This document shows positions 1-9,108 of a DNA stretch of 64,000 nucleotides, one piece after another (positions within the stretch are counted from its first letter, which is position 1; each line of letters opens with the position of its first letter). Location of the stretch: the NCBI GenBank assembly GCA_000002435.2, contig CM018792.1; one strand, written 5' to 3'. The DNA is from Giardia intestinalis. Taxonomy: Eukaryota. The notes under the pieces were generated by a model. That model made no database searches. It had not been told where the DNA came from and saw nothing but the letters and a program-made list of their open reading frames with translations. A program made the translations under genes and the position numbers.

Positions 1-1165
1 CCTTCTGCCACACAAGAAAGTTGGCCATGCTCATGAACCTGAAGCCGTTCCAAACGTCCGATGATTCAGAGAGATCTATCTCAATCAAATTCGCAGCCTT
101 TTTCTGAGACTTTGCAATCTTAGCGTCGTTTGGGCTGCACGGCTGGCCAGTTGCGGCATCTGCTAAGTATAAGTCATCATTGATATCTAACATGTCAGGC
201 AGGAAGGAGCCGACGAGTGTGTGGTGAGCAACAAGGGAAATAGGGTCAAACGCCCTGTCTACTATGATTATTGTGCTGTTAACACACGGATAGCTATTGT
301 TATACGGTGCAACTGGGGTAAGTTGCAGCTTCTTGTTTAGGGCCTCGGCGATCTCCTTGCAAAGCGAAAAGTGCGACTCTCGTGCAACTCCTTTATAGTA
401 GCGTACCTCTGGTGGACCCATTTCTAGGGAATTAAATAAAGACCACAGCTTTTCGACTGTAGTGGAGATGTATTGCTTCTTAATAGCCTGATACGTATCT
501 GCATTAAACTTGTGCATGCCATAAGCTATCAGAAATGCTTCTGGCTGGTTGAGATTGATAAACCTGTTCCACCTAACGGTGAAGTCGACATTGAAGCTCA
601 TGACACCTGCCTTAGAGAGCAAGTCTACGAGCCCAGACGACTTCACAAAGTTCTCTGCATCGGCTGAAAGCGGACCAGGTGTGAGTATGAACAGACCCTT
701 GTACTTATACGGAAATTGGACCTTAGAGCCTGAGGGGCCACAGCATCCCTTCTTAGCCTGCTTTGCTTCCGCAACACTTGCGCTGAACGACGACACATGG
801 GTGCTTCCATTGACGCCCCAGCCAAAGTCCCGCGCTACCATCTCCATCGCCTCTAGGGTCGTAGAGACCATATACACCCCAAACATGGCTGGCTGTGGAG
901 TGCGGGTCTTTTCCAAAGAATCCTTCAGAACAAGGCGATACTCCGTTAAGATCGAGGTAGTGAAAAGAGACCCGATAATAGGTAACGTATAGCTATCTAG
1001 GATCAAAATACCGTAGATGTTATTCTTCTTGAGGAAACTTGCAATCTTCTCAAAGTAATGTATGATCAGATAATCTCTCAAGAGAGGGCGGATCTGTTGT
1101 GGATATTGACAAAAGAAGCGAAAGATCGGATGTTCATTCGGGCCTGAGATCACCTCGGCACTCAT
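1..1165 (-). CDS. Sec1/Munc18 (SM) family vesicle-fusion protein, partial (C-terminal part lies beyond window start)
   Basis: Minus-strand ATG (plus-strand cat at 1163-1165) followed by an uninterrupted frame to position 1, which I translated by hand. The protein begins MSAEVISGPNEHPIFRFFCQY. It contains SM-family blocks ILILDSYTLPIIGSLF and IIIVDRAFDPISLVAHHTLVGSFLPDMLDIND. It is absent from the ORF track only because it runs off the window edge. Confidence 0.6.
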   Translation of the reverse strand, partial: MSAEVISGPNEHPIFRFFCQYPQQIRPLLRDYLIIHYFEKIASFLKKNNIYGILILDSYTLPIIGSLFTTSILTEYRLVLKDSLEKTRTPQPAMFGVYMVSTTLEAMEMVARDFGWGVNGSTHVSSFSASVAEAKQAKKGCCGPSGSKVQFPYKYKGLFILTPGPLSADAENFVKSSGLVDLLSKAGVMSFNVDFTVRWNRFINLNQPEAFLIAYGMHKFNADTYQAIKKQYISTTVEKLWSLFNSLEMGPPEVRYYKGVARESHFSLCKEIAEALNKKLQLTPVAPYNNSYPCVNSTIIIVDRAFDPISLVAHHTLVGSFLPDMLDINDDLYLADAATGQPCSPNDAKIAKSQKKAANLIEIDLSESSDVWNGFRFMSMANFLVWQK

Positions 1166-1181
1166 TTTTTGTTTTGACGAA

Positions 1182-1691
1182 ATGGAAGAGTGTTTTAAGG
1201 AAGCGAGCCTTGCACTCGCAGAGCGTGAGGTTCCCGTCGGATGCGCCATCGTTGACAGTGCTGGCCGCATACTTGCTACAGGGAGAAACGCAACTAACAA
1301 GACGCGTAACTCCACGCACCATGCAGAGATCATGGCATTGGCTCAGTTACCATCTGGCACAGATCTTTCTGACTGTGTGCTCTATGTAACCATCGAACCC
1401 TGCATTATGTGTGCTGCTGCCCTCTCAATTGTGGGCCTAACAAACATTATTTACTTCGCCCGCAACAGCAAGTTCGGTGGCTGTGGCTCGGTACTAGATG
1501 TAAATAACCACACAGCACGTCCGTGGACAAAGCTGAATGCCAAGTATGTACCTGACGAGCGTGCAATCCACTTGCTGCAGGAGTTCTTTGAAAGGAAGAA
1601 CCCTGTGACAGCAGCATCAGACCACGGCATAGATGAATTAGATTATTGTTTGGACAGGGAACCCCGATTGAAAAATCAAAGTACAATTTAG
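1182..1691 (+). CDS. CMP/dCMP-type zinc deaminase, tRNA-specific adenosine deaminase (Tad2/TadA-like)
   Basis: 169 aa with an ATG start. Zinc-deaminase motifs H-A-E (THHAEIMAL) and PCxxC (EPCIMCAAAL) are present. Its start is divergent from the Sec1-like gene, 16 nt away. Confidence 0.7.
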   Translation: MEECFKEASLALAEREVPVGCAIVDSAGRILATGRNATNKTRNSTHHAEIMALAQLPSGTDLSDCVLYVTIEPCIMCAAALSIVGLTNIIYFARNSKFGGCGSVLDVNNHTARPWTKLNAKYVPDERAIHLLQEFFERKNPVTAASDHGIDELDYCLDREPRLKNQSTI

Positions 1692-1797
1692 AACAATTGA
1701 AATAAAATTAAAATAAAATCTATCAGCAAGAAGTAAGCACCCGTTCACGAGTACTCGTTCAAATCTAACTATATCTAAACAGTGCTAACGCTCTAGC

Positions 1798-3621
1798 TTA
1801 TGCTAACTCATAGACACTATACTTTGCAGTCCAGGGAGCAGAGTTGGTTGGCGCGGACCGGGGGCGCGTCTGCTGTGACTTCAAGATACGCTCCCTGTAG
1901 GCACCTGGCTTCACCAGTCGGATACTGGCATAATCAATGAATCCACCGGACTTCTCGGCGAGACGGACCTGGCCATATAAGTCATTTGGGACGGCTTTCA
2001 GCCGCTCCTGGGTCATGCTGGAGGAACCCTTAAAGTCTATCCGTTTGTGTGGTCTTTGAGAGTGTGATATTACCGCAAGCGCCTTCGTGAATCCATCTTC
2101 TTCACCATGTAAAGGCTTTCTGTTGATCACGCTGGCTGCCTGTCGTATCACATCCAGTTTGTTCTGCCGAAACGTTTCGCGGATCTGTTGCGTTATAGCC
2201 TCTGTTTGGTGCTTCACCTTGAAGCTGGTATCTCTAAATGATTCCGCACTGTGCCGAGTCTCCTCCTTCTGTCGTGCCACCTTCTCCTTTATGGTACTAT
2301 CATGTGCATTCAAGATCATTCGCTTATAGCTATCCATCCTCTCAGCCCGTTCCTTTCTCCGCTGCTGAATCTCAGCTTCAAGGTCAGCCTTCAACTTAGC
2401 TACCTTAGCAACCCTATTGCAAGCACGTAGGCGCTCGCTCTTCCGCCGGGAGAACAAAGCGTCTTCTTCTGCTATCTTCTGCTTTTTTTGGAGGAGCTGA
2501 AACTCCCGTTCTTGTTCAAGATTTTTCATTCGCTTTCTCTGGGCTTCACAAGCGGCCAGGTGGGCATGCAGGATTGTCTCCTTTCGAGATTGAAGCATGT
2601 CATTTCTGCGTTGCTCAGCTAGTGCGTTCTTTTGCTTAAGCTCGGCACGCTGCTGCTCTATCTTCTGCAGATGAAGTTGGTCTGCTCGCATAGATGCAGA
2701 GATCAGCCGTGTGTTCAGCTTTTCTGATTGAAGCATCCGCTTAGTTTGCTCATTGTTCTGCAAGGTTTGCAAGCGATTGTCGATCTCTTGCTGTCTCGCA
2801 AGAAACCGGTCCAACTGTTGCATACGTTCCGCATCCTCTTTCCTCCGCTTAGCTTCAATAATTTGCTGCTGCTTTCTGTGCCTACTAGCCTGCAAGGCTG
2901 CTTCCTTACGCCGCCTGCTCGTTGCCTCCTTGAGATTTTGCTCTGTGCTTTTCATTTGTAGCTGGTACTTACGTAGCATATCTAATGAGTGCTCATCAGC
3001 AATCTTCTGGGCTTCATTGTATCGCTCCATTGCTACCTCTTGCTTCTGGAGGAGCCTCTCCATCTTCTTAGCTATCTCTTTTTGCTTAACCTGCTTATTC
3101 TGATCTACCAGGTTCGCACTTACTGACATGCTCTCGTTTATCTTGTCTTCGTTCAATACAGTTTGTACTATTTCTGCCATGCAACGCTTGCGCCGCGCAA
3201 CCTGCTTAGCTATTAACCGCTGCTCCATACCGTCCGGGGAATATCGCCGTTGAATGGCTTCTAGAGCATTACAAACCCTAGGATCCTTAGTTCTTGATCT
3301 GGGAAGAAGATTGGCAAGCCTTGGAAATGCAATAGACTCGGCTAGCGTAACGCCGTTATCGCAGATCTTTTGGAACTCGCTCAGGCAAGCTGCCAGAGCC
3401 ATAGCTCTATCCTTTTCATATGCTTCGAAGATGAGTTTGCGCTTTTCCGGATCACTCTCGTTTATAGAGTTTTCTTGGCAAAAATTTAGCTCTTGTGGTA
3501 GAACGCCAACGCGCTGGCACGCAAGAATGGAGCGTGGAGAGTCTAGTTCAATGTCATCGATCCGCGCCTTGGCATTTGGGATTATTTGCAAAGATGTTAC
3601 CCCCTTGTAATCCGCGGTCAT
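1798..3621 (-). CDS. long coiled-coil protein (E/K/R/Q-rich), unknown function
   Basis: The ORF track extends to 3681, but that start codon is TTG. The first ATG is at 3621 (MTADYKG...). The protein shows heptad-like charged low-complexity sequence throughout. Confidence 0.5.
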   Translation of the reverse strand: MTADYKGVTSLQIIPNAKARIDDIELDSPRSILACQRVGVLPQELNFCQENSINESDPEKRKLIFEAYEKDRAMALAACLSEFQKICDNGVTLAESIAFPRLANLLPRSRTKDPRVCNALEAIQRRYSPDGMEQRLIAKQVARRKRCMAEIVQTVLNEDKINESMSVSANLVDQNKQVKQKEIAKKMERLLQKQEVAMERYNEAQKIADEHSLDMLRKYQLQMKSTEQNLKEATSRRRKEAALQASRHRKQQQIIEAKRRKEDAERMQQLDRFLARQQEIDNRLQTLQNNEQTKRMLQSEKLNTRLISASMRADQLHLQKIEQQRAELKQKNALAEQRRNDMLQSRKETILHAHLAACEAQRKRMKNLEQEREFQLLQKKQKIAEEDALFSRRKSERLRACNRVAKVAKLKADLEAEIQQRRKERAERMDSYKRMILNAHDSTIKEKVARQKEETRHSAESFRDTSFKVKHQTEAITQQIRETFRQNKLDVIRQAASVINRKPLHGEEDGFTKALAVISHSQRPHKRIDFKGSSSMTQERLKAVPNDLYGQVRLAEKSGGFIDYASIRLVKPGAYRERILKSQQTRPRSAPTNSAPWTAKYSVYELA

Positions 3622-4179
3622 ATGAATTTTTTGAATTTCTTTTTCAATCGCCTGGTTTGCTTCGCTCTTGCACTCTTGCAACTACAGTTTCATCTCATGT
3701 CTGATAGCTACAGTGATTATAGTGATAGCTACACAGAAGATGCAGGATCCAAATCTTCTAGCTTGTCTAAATCGTCTAAGCAGAAGCAAACTCCTGCGTT
3801 CACTTTTGCTGACATTCCCGCCGAAGTATCACTTTCCTTGGGGGAGTACTGTACCGTCATTCTAAGGCCTGGAAAGAAACAGTATGTCGTCGAGGTAGCA
3901 ACCAACTATCCTCGTGAAGCAGCCAATAAAGTGCAACTAACGTTCGGAGAGCACGGGTGCTCGGTGACCCAAGCTGCAAGCTCTATTCGATCTGCTATTT
4001 CTCAACCTATCCCAGTAGAACTTCCTTCTTCTGGTACAGATAGGCACGGTCATCCACAGGAACCCACCTCCCTATCGGCATCAACTCTCCCTACACCTGC
4101 CCAAGCGCAAGAAAATACTGTAGCTCCAGATGGCACACGTCCAAATCCGCGCGACTTCTACAGAAGGTTGAGAGACTGA
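3622..4179 (+). CDS. small Ser-rich protein with hydrophobic N-terminus, unknown function
   Basis: The ORF track start at 3586 is TTG. The first ATG is at 3622 (MNFLNFFFNRLVCFALALL, signal or TM-like). An alternative ATG lies at 3697 (MSDSYSDYSD). Confidence 0.3.
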   Translation: MNFLNFFFNRLVCFALALLQLQFHLMSDSYSDYSDSYTEDAGSKSSSLSKSSKQKQTPAFTFADIPAEVSLSLGEYCTVILRPGKKQYVVEVATNYPREAANKVQLTFGEHGCSVTQAASSIRSAISQPIPVELPSSGTDRHGHPQEPTSLSASTLPTPAQAQENTVAPDGTRPNPRDFYRRLRD

Positions 4180-4235
4180 CGCAAGCATCAAACGAGATGG
4201 GCAGGCCACACTGCTTCACCACCATTTACTCCGGA

Positions 4236-4604
4236 TCAGTGTCCTAGCTCCGTAAGGAATATGTTTAGCTTGTCATCAAGTGCTGTCCCCTGCCGAGGAG
4301 CCTTGATGGCCACGGCGACGGCTTGCCTCGATATACCCACACTTCGACCTAGTTCTTGGCGCGAGGGCACGAATATGTATGCAATTCCCTTGTCCTCGCA
4401 GACCTCGGGAAGATGAAGGACCAGCTCGAGAGGAAGAGCATCTGCGGATAAGACAACGAGACGTGCCTTGCCCTTGTTCAGGGCCTTGGTGACCTCATTC
4501 ATTCCCCGTGAAATCGACCTACTGTTCTTGGCGAGATCCACAAGTTCGTAGATCCTCTTGGACTGGGCCTCTGAGGCCAAGGGAACAGCGCGTGCATCTG
4601 GCAT
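4236..4604 (-). CDS. L7Ae/L30e-family RNA-binding protein (Snu13 / NHP2-like 15.5K type)
   Basis: 122 aa with an ATG start. The family core is recognisable: RGMNEVTKALNKGKARLVVLSADA...GIAYIFVPSRQELGRSVG. Confidence 0.7.
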   Translation of the reverse strand: MPDARAVPLASEAQSKRIYELVDLAKNSRSISRGMNEVTKALNKGKARLVVLSADALPLELVLHLPEVCEDKGIAYIFVPSRQELGRSVGISRQAVAVAIKAPRQGTALDDKLNIFLTELGH

Positions 4605-4668
4605 CCTTGTTTCAATTGAGTTTTAATTTATTACATTTTCCACGTGGATATGGCAAGCACGTGGCTCA

Positions 4669-5184
4669 TTAGCCCCACTCCTCAGTGAACTCTGCTCCCT
4701 TGCTTTTGTACTGCCTTGTCTTAAGTTCCTCATATTGGGGAATCAGCCGGATTGGCTTGGGCCGTAGCGTTTCGTGTTCAACGTTGTGAGTGGGCGTTTG
4801 GGTGATTGCAATCCTTACGCTATGAATTGCAAGCGGTTGCTTTGTTCTTACATATTCTGGCTTCTGGGGCACCGGCCCAGGCCAGTGGTCACATGGATGC
4901 AGTCCTTTTTTGCGCAGCTCGTAAGGCCCTGTAAGCGCCTTATCACCATAACTCAGTAGGTACTTGTTTCCTGCAAGTAGCGTTGTAACTCCATTGCAAT
5001 CATGTATTTCCGCGGGGCTGTATTTCTGAGTCACTGGACGTGGAGGGTCATGGTAACCTTGGTGGACATTGCACGAAAGACCTCTGATGGGCGCTGGAGG
5101 TTGTAGTTGTATTGTGGGGGAGTAGAATAGCACCCGATCTCGTGCTGTGTACGGCTTCTTGCAGTGAATAGGAGGAAGAAACAT
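4669..5184 (-). CDS. hypothetical protein
   Basis: The ORF track start at 5205 is TTG. The first ATG is at 5184 (MFLPPIHCKK...). The protein is Pro/Tyr-rich with no recognised domain. Confidence 0.4.
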   Translation of the reverse strand: MFLPPIHCKKPYTARDRVLFYSPTIQLQPPAPIRGLSCNVHQGYHDPPRPVTQKYSPAEIHDCNGVTTLLAGNKYLLSYGDKALTGPYELRKKGLHPCDHWPGPVPQKPEYVRTKQPLAIHSVRIAITQTPTHNVEHETLRPKPIRLIPQYEELKTRQYKSKGAEFTEEWG

Positions 5185-5340
5185 TTTTGCCTTTAGATGC
5201 TCCAACTACAGCGTGCTCGACAGCCGAGCCGGTCTGCAGCAAAAGCCATGAGAATATGGAGAAACCGACAAGATGCAATAATAATTCACGAATACTTCAA
5301 AAGGTCTGGCGCCCAGCAGACCCAAGAAGGGCGGAACTTT

Positions 5341-6108
5341 CTACACCAACTTAAGTCGCTCCAGAACCTCTTCCATAGAAACGTATTCTTGGCCTGTACT
5401 TATCTCCTGCTGATGCCTCACATCACGACGTAGCAGCTCCACCTCTCGCTTGAGTTCTAAATTCTCCTCCAGGGCCATTCGAAGCTCCTCCTCGATAGAC
5501 GTCTGCCTTTCTGTTAATTGATCAACCCTGTCGGTAAGATGATTGAGCTTTTGGAGCACGGCTTGAAGCACTGCAAGGTGACCGCAAGGATCGCTTGCCT
5601 GTTTATAAGGAGATCTTCTAGCCTTACTAGTGTCGCTAGTTATGTAATCCTCGCTATTGAGAACGGGAGATCTGGGTGCAGCAGAGGCCTTTCCGGTGTC
5701 TCTTAAGGTGAGAGACCCTTCTACGTCATCAATAAGATATTCCATCAAGTTTTGAGCTTTCTGAGGTGAGCTCTGCGATGCATGAAGCATCTGTGATACC
5801 TGTGTTCCACTGCCACCAGATGCACTGCTAGCCTTTCGGTCCTGTTTAGAAGCACTGGACGGACGCCTGGTCTCCGTTATATGCCTGTCTCCGAGCAGTG
5901 GCTGAGAAGTAAGAGGTCTTGGAGCCCGAGACTCCCTCCTGCGCCGAATTTCATCCTCTGTAAGTCTGTACTTGGAATGATCCTGTTGGAGGTCATTCCA
6001 CTCTGGTTTGACTGCAGATCTAGGCCTCCGCTGCAGAAGGCGCTCAGAAGAAGCAGCAGAGGGGGCGGAGGGAGCGGATCTACGCTGTCTGAGCTCAGTG
6101 GGGTTCAT
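5341..6108 (-). CDS. hypothetical Ser/Arg-rich protein with C-terminal coiled coil
   Basis: The ORF track start at 6156 is TTG. The first ATG is at 6108 (MNPTELRQRR...). The C-terminal region has heptad repeats (LTERQTSIEEELRMALEENLELKREVELL). Confidence 0.4.
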   Translation of the reverse strand: MNPTELRQRRSAPSAPSAASSERLLQRRPRSAVKPEWNDLQQDHSKYRLTEDEIRRRRESRAPRPLTSQPLLGDRHITETRRPSSASKQDRKASSASGGSGTQVSQMLHASQSSPQKAQNLMEYLIDDVEGSLTLRDTGKASAAPRSPVLNSEDYITSDTSKARRSPYKQASDPCGHLAVLQAVLQKLNHLTDRVDQLTERQTSIEEELRMALEENLELKREVELLRRDVRHQQEISTGQEYVSMEEVLERLKLV

Positions 6109-7888
6109 GATAATTTTTGCTCTTGGGTAGGGTAGGACTAGGATTGTGCGTCTCAAAGAAAGTCTTTTGAATGAACAAGGAACGAGTCTGCTGGGCAGTT
6201 AGTGCCGGCATTGAAGACGCTTGCACATCTGGCTCCATCTTGTAGTTTTTGAAACTGGCAATTCGCGCTGGATTATTTTTCGAACGTAGTGAGGTAGTCC
6301 TGGCTTCAGCGTCAAAAGAGAGTATATTTCTACAGGGGTTCGTGCATTCATTAATTACTTTCCTTGCTGGATGAATTGGGGAATATGAACGAGACAGAGA
6401 CCTCATACTTTTGAAGCCGGCATCGTCCTTGAAGGATCGCGCGTTGAATGAGTCACACGTAGACGGACGGAAGCTCCCAGATGCGCTACGCTGATACCCA
6501 CCGGAGTGAGAGGAGGCTTTGGGATTTCTATGGCTATATGTTTCTTCCGTCAAAAGCCCTGCAGTCGAGAGTTTTCTCTCTTGCGATAGTGACGGTGACG
6601 ACGAGGTGATTCTCCTGACGCTTTTATCCGCAGCGTCATGCGGTCCTCGAGGCGTGACCGAGCGTATGCTACGAGAAGTGGAGAAGGGTGGCGAGGGCGA
6701 TACAACAAGATCTAATGTTTTCATAAGAGACTGACTCTGTTTTCGTGATCCAGATTTGATGGATTTTGTGGGGGTATCGAAGGTGCATGATTGACGCATT
6801 CGTGAGATGGCACTAGCAATAGACCGTCTGTGGCTGTCTGTTGATGACACTAGTCCGGATCCATTAATAACATGTTGCTTAAGCTCTCTTATCTGCGGAG
6901 AGAAGGTGCACTGTTCCAATTCTTGCCTCATTTTATCGTTCAGATGCTCTGTGTGAAGCTTCTGGATTCGCGTATGCCTAGCCATACCTTGGTCGTATAG
7001 CCTAAGAGCAGCAGCATCTTCCATCCGTCTGCGAGCATCTAGAGTGTTAACATTACTAGGCTGAATCCCAGCGACATCAGCATTGGTCTGCTTTGCCTTT
7101 TCCCTTTCTTCTTGCTTGGAAGGGCGTCTGTTAATTGATGGACTAAATGTCAGATCAGCTGCCCTCTCTAGTTCCGCCTTCTGCCTTGTCTCTTCTCTGA
7201 CTTTGTTTCTATGCTCTGTCCATGCATTGACTCGCTTGTAAACATCATCGGAGCTGAGAGATAGCTTATTCCAGTAGGATCCAGATAGAGTCTTTGCGTT
7301 ATCATTAATCTCAGGCATGAATGAGGGCGCTGCTTTCTCTGCCTGAGTGTGCGTTTGGTTTAAAGAGTGGGCCACATAATTAAATCTAAGTTGAATTGTC
7401 TTCTGTGCGAGGGTGAGAAGATTGGGGAGAGTATATCGGTTAATAAGGGTCGGGATATCAAAAGAGCCCTCTTGCATGGAGGGCAGTCGTGTCGCCAGGT
7501 AGAGGGCTGATAGGTAGTAAATTAGGATTGATCGCTGAATGACACCTGTCTCGTCTTGCAGTTGCGGTATGACCTTAAACAGCAGCATCTCCATGTTCTT
7601 GCTGTTCGAAGTTGCCACGTAGCCTTCTCTAACAAAAAGATTGAGCGCATTTTCGACATTCAAGGTTTGGACGTCGGGGCCCACCTCTTTGTCGATAGCA
7701 GAGGAAGCTTCGTTAACAACCATGTTCATGGAATCAATGAACTGCCTATGTGGAGAGTCTTTATGAAACGCGGATTGTTGGACTTGATCTGCGGCGTGCT
7801 GGTGCTTCTGATTTTTTGGAGTGGTTGTTAAAGCTGAGCTTGTAAGAGACGGAGTCGTAGCTCCTTGAGATTTATCCGCATGACTCAT
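6095..7888 (-). CDS. hypothetical Ser/Thr-rich protein
   Basis: The ORF track start at 8035 is TTG. The first ATG is at 7888 (MSHADKSQGATT...). The ORF is long and uninterrupted. Its 3-prime end overlaps the start of the downstream minus-strand gene by about 14 nt. Confidence 0.45.
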   Translation of the reverse strand: MSHADKSQGATTPSLTSSALTTTPKNQKHQHAADQVQQSAFHKDSPHRQFIDSMNMVVNEASSAIDKEVGPDVQTLNVENALNLFVREGYVATSNSKNMEMLLFKVIPQLQDETGVIQRSILIYYLSALYLATRLPSMQEGSFDIPTLINRYTLPNLLTLAQKTIQLRFNYVAHSLNQTHTQAEKAAPSFMPEINDNAKTLSGSYWNKLSLSSDDVYKRVNAWTEHRNKVREETRQKAELERAADLTFSPSINRRPSKQEEREKAKQTNADVAGIQPSNVNTLDARRRMEDAAALRLYDQGMARHTRIQKLHTEHLNDKMRQELEQCTFSPQIRELKQHVINGSGLVSSTDSHRRSIASAISRMRQSCTFDTPTKSIKSGSRKQSQSLMKTLDLVVSPSPPFSTSRSIRSVTPRGPHDAADKSVRRITSSSPSLSQERKLSTAGLLTEETYSHRNPKASSHSGGYQRSASGSFRPSTCDSFNARSFKDDAGFKSMRSLSRSYSPIHPARKVINECTNPCRNILSFDAEARTTSLRSKNNPARIASFKNYKMEPDVQASSMPALTAQQTRSLFIQKTFFETHNPSPTLPKSKNYHEPH

Positions 7889-7966
7889 GCTGTCAAGGTT
7901 CTGCTTTGAGGTATTTTTAAACCTGAAGACATATTCTGTTGTACGTAGCTGGAAACCAAGGACTCT

Positions 7967-8992
7967 ATGGCTAATATACAAGGCCGCCTTCCACCATGGG
8001 GCGAGCGAGAGCTGTCCGATGCTCAGAGAAAGCAAGCCAAGGCGGCCCTATCCCGATGTCTGGGCTCCGACCACATCAGTACCAGACAGGGGCCACGCAA
8101 CACGCGGATACCCTACTTAGACGTTTCGACGACAATAAGATTAGCCAATGAAGCATTTCGATACGATGGATGGTCGTCTAACATTATCAGCATTACGCAA
8201 GACTTCATACAGGAAGAGCGAGGCATATGGTCATGTTGCTATACTGCTTTGGTCCGCATCACCCTCCCCAACGGCTGCTACCACGAGGGAATTGGGGTTG
8301 GTAACGCAGAGAATACACGTCTTCAAGCAGACGCAATTGAGAAGGCCAAGAAGTCTGCTGTGAGTGACGCAATGAAGCGCGCGCTCCGGTGCTTTGGTGA
8401 AGGACTGGGGAATAATATCACTTCTGACTCTGCAACTTCAAGGGGCAGTGTTCTTTCAATCTATGAGGATGAATTTGATGTTAAAGAGAACCCAGACCGG
8501 GTCATAACAGCCTCAAAAGACGTGGTAGCTGCAGCCTCTACTGCTACCTCTAATGCTGCACCTTTGAATAACTCGAAGCGTCTGCACACGACAGTCTCAC
8601 CTGTTACCAGTGGACAATTCAACTTAACAGGCACAGGCCCCACTGCCTTGGCAGCTCTACAACTCTCTGTGGCGGACACTCCTTCCAATGCTAATGAGAT
8701 TGATACCATTGGTAATCTGCCAGCACAACCTTGCAATACAAAGCCAGAAATCAATATCAACGGAGCAAATAAGGCTCCTCCACCCACCAAAATACTGGTC
8801 GAGAAACCTTCTTTGTTTCAGATTGCTGCAACCAAAAGACCAACTGAGCAATTCCCCGGTCAAAGTGATCGAAAAACGCTTCACGCGGCAGCACCTGACA
8901 GCAACCAGGAAAAGACTTTACCATCAGAGCCATCGCTAAAGCAATCTCATCCCATGTTCAGCAAGGCGCGTCAGTCTATATTTAGCAAATAG
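7967..8992 (+). CDS. RAD52: DNA repair/recombination protein Rad52 homolog
   Basis: ATG start. The N-terminal Rad52/Rad22 domain is clear: LANEAFRYDGWSSNIISI...CYTALVRITLPNGCYHEGIGVGNAEN...AIEKAKKSAVSDAMKRALRCFGEGLGNNI. Confidence 0.75.
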   Translation: MANIQGRLPPWGERELSDAQRKQAKAALSRCLGSDHISTRQGPRNTRIPYLDVSTTIRLANEAFRYDGWSSNIISITQDFIQEERGIWSCCYTALVRITLPNGCYHEGIGVGNAENTRLQADAIEKAKKSAVSDAMKRALRCFGEGLGNNITSDSATSRGSVLSIYEDEFDVKENPDRVITASKDVVAAASTATSNAAPLNNSKRLHTTVSPVTSGQFNLTGTGPTALAALQLSVADTPSNANEIDTIGNLPAQPCNTKPEININGANKAPPPTKILVEKPSLFQIAATKRPTEQFPGQSDRKTLHAAAPDSNQEKTLPSEPSLKQSHPMFSKARQSIFSK

Positions 8993-9094
8993 TTCTCCAT
9001 AGATTTTTATTTCTGAACATACTGTTTAGTGTTTACATAGTATTAGCATACGAACCTACTAACGTTAGCTGCAGGTTACTACCCTCTTGTCTCA

Positions 9095-9108
9095 AGAATA
9101 AAATAAAA
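9095..9108 (+). promoter_or_regulatory. AT-rich initiator-like element directly upstream of ATG
   Basis: aataaaataaaaATG. Similar short A/T patches precede many ATGs in this window (36800, 62431, 52347, 20941). Confidence 0.3.

Noticed and set aside
473-992. Plus-strand ORFs 473..667 and 549..992 and minus ORF 643..825 at the left edge
   Set aside because: They lie antisense to or within the Sec1/Munc18-family gene, which has a continuous minus-strand frame from 1165 to the window edge with clear SM-family motifs.
2087-3610. Plus-strand ORFs 2087..2329, 2728..2961, 2753..3103 and 3254..3610
   Set aside because: They are antisense to the long minus-strand coiled-coil gene. The products are Cys/Leu/Ser low-complexity sequences typical of the reverse complement of E/K/R/Q-rich coding sequence.
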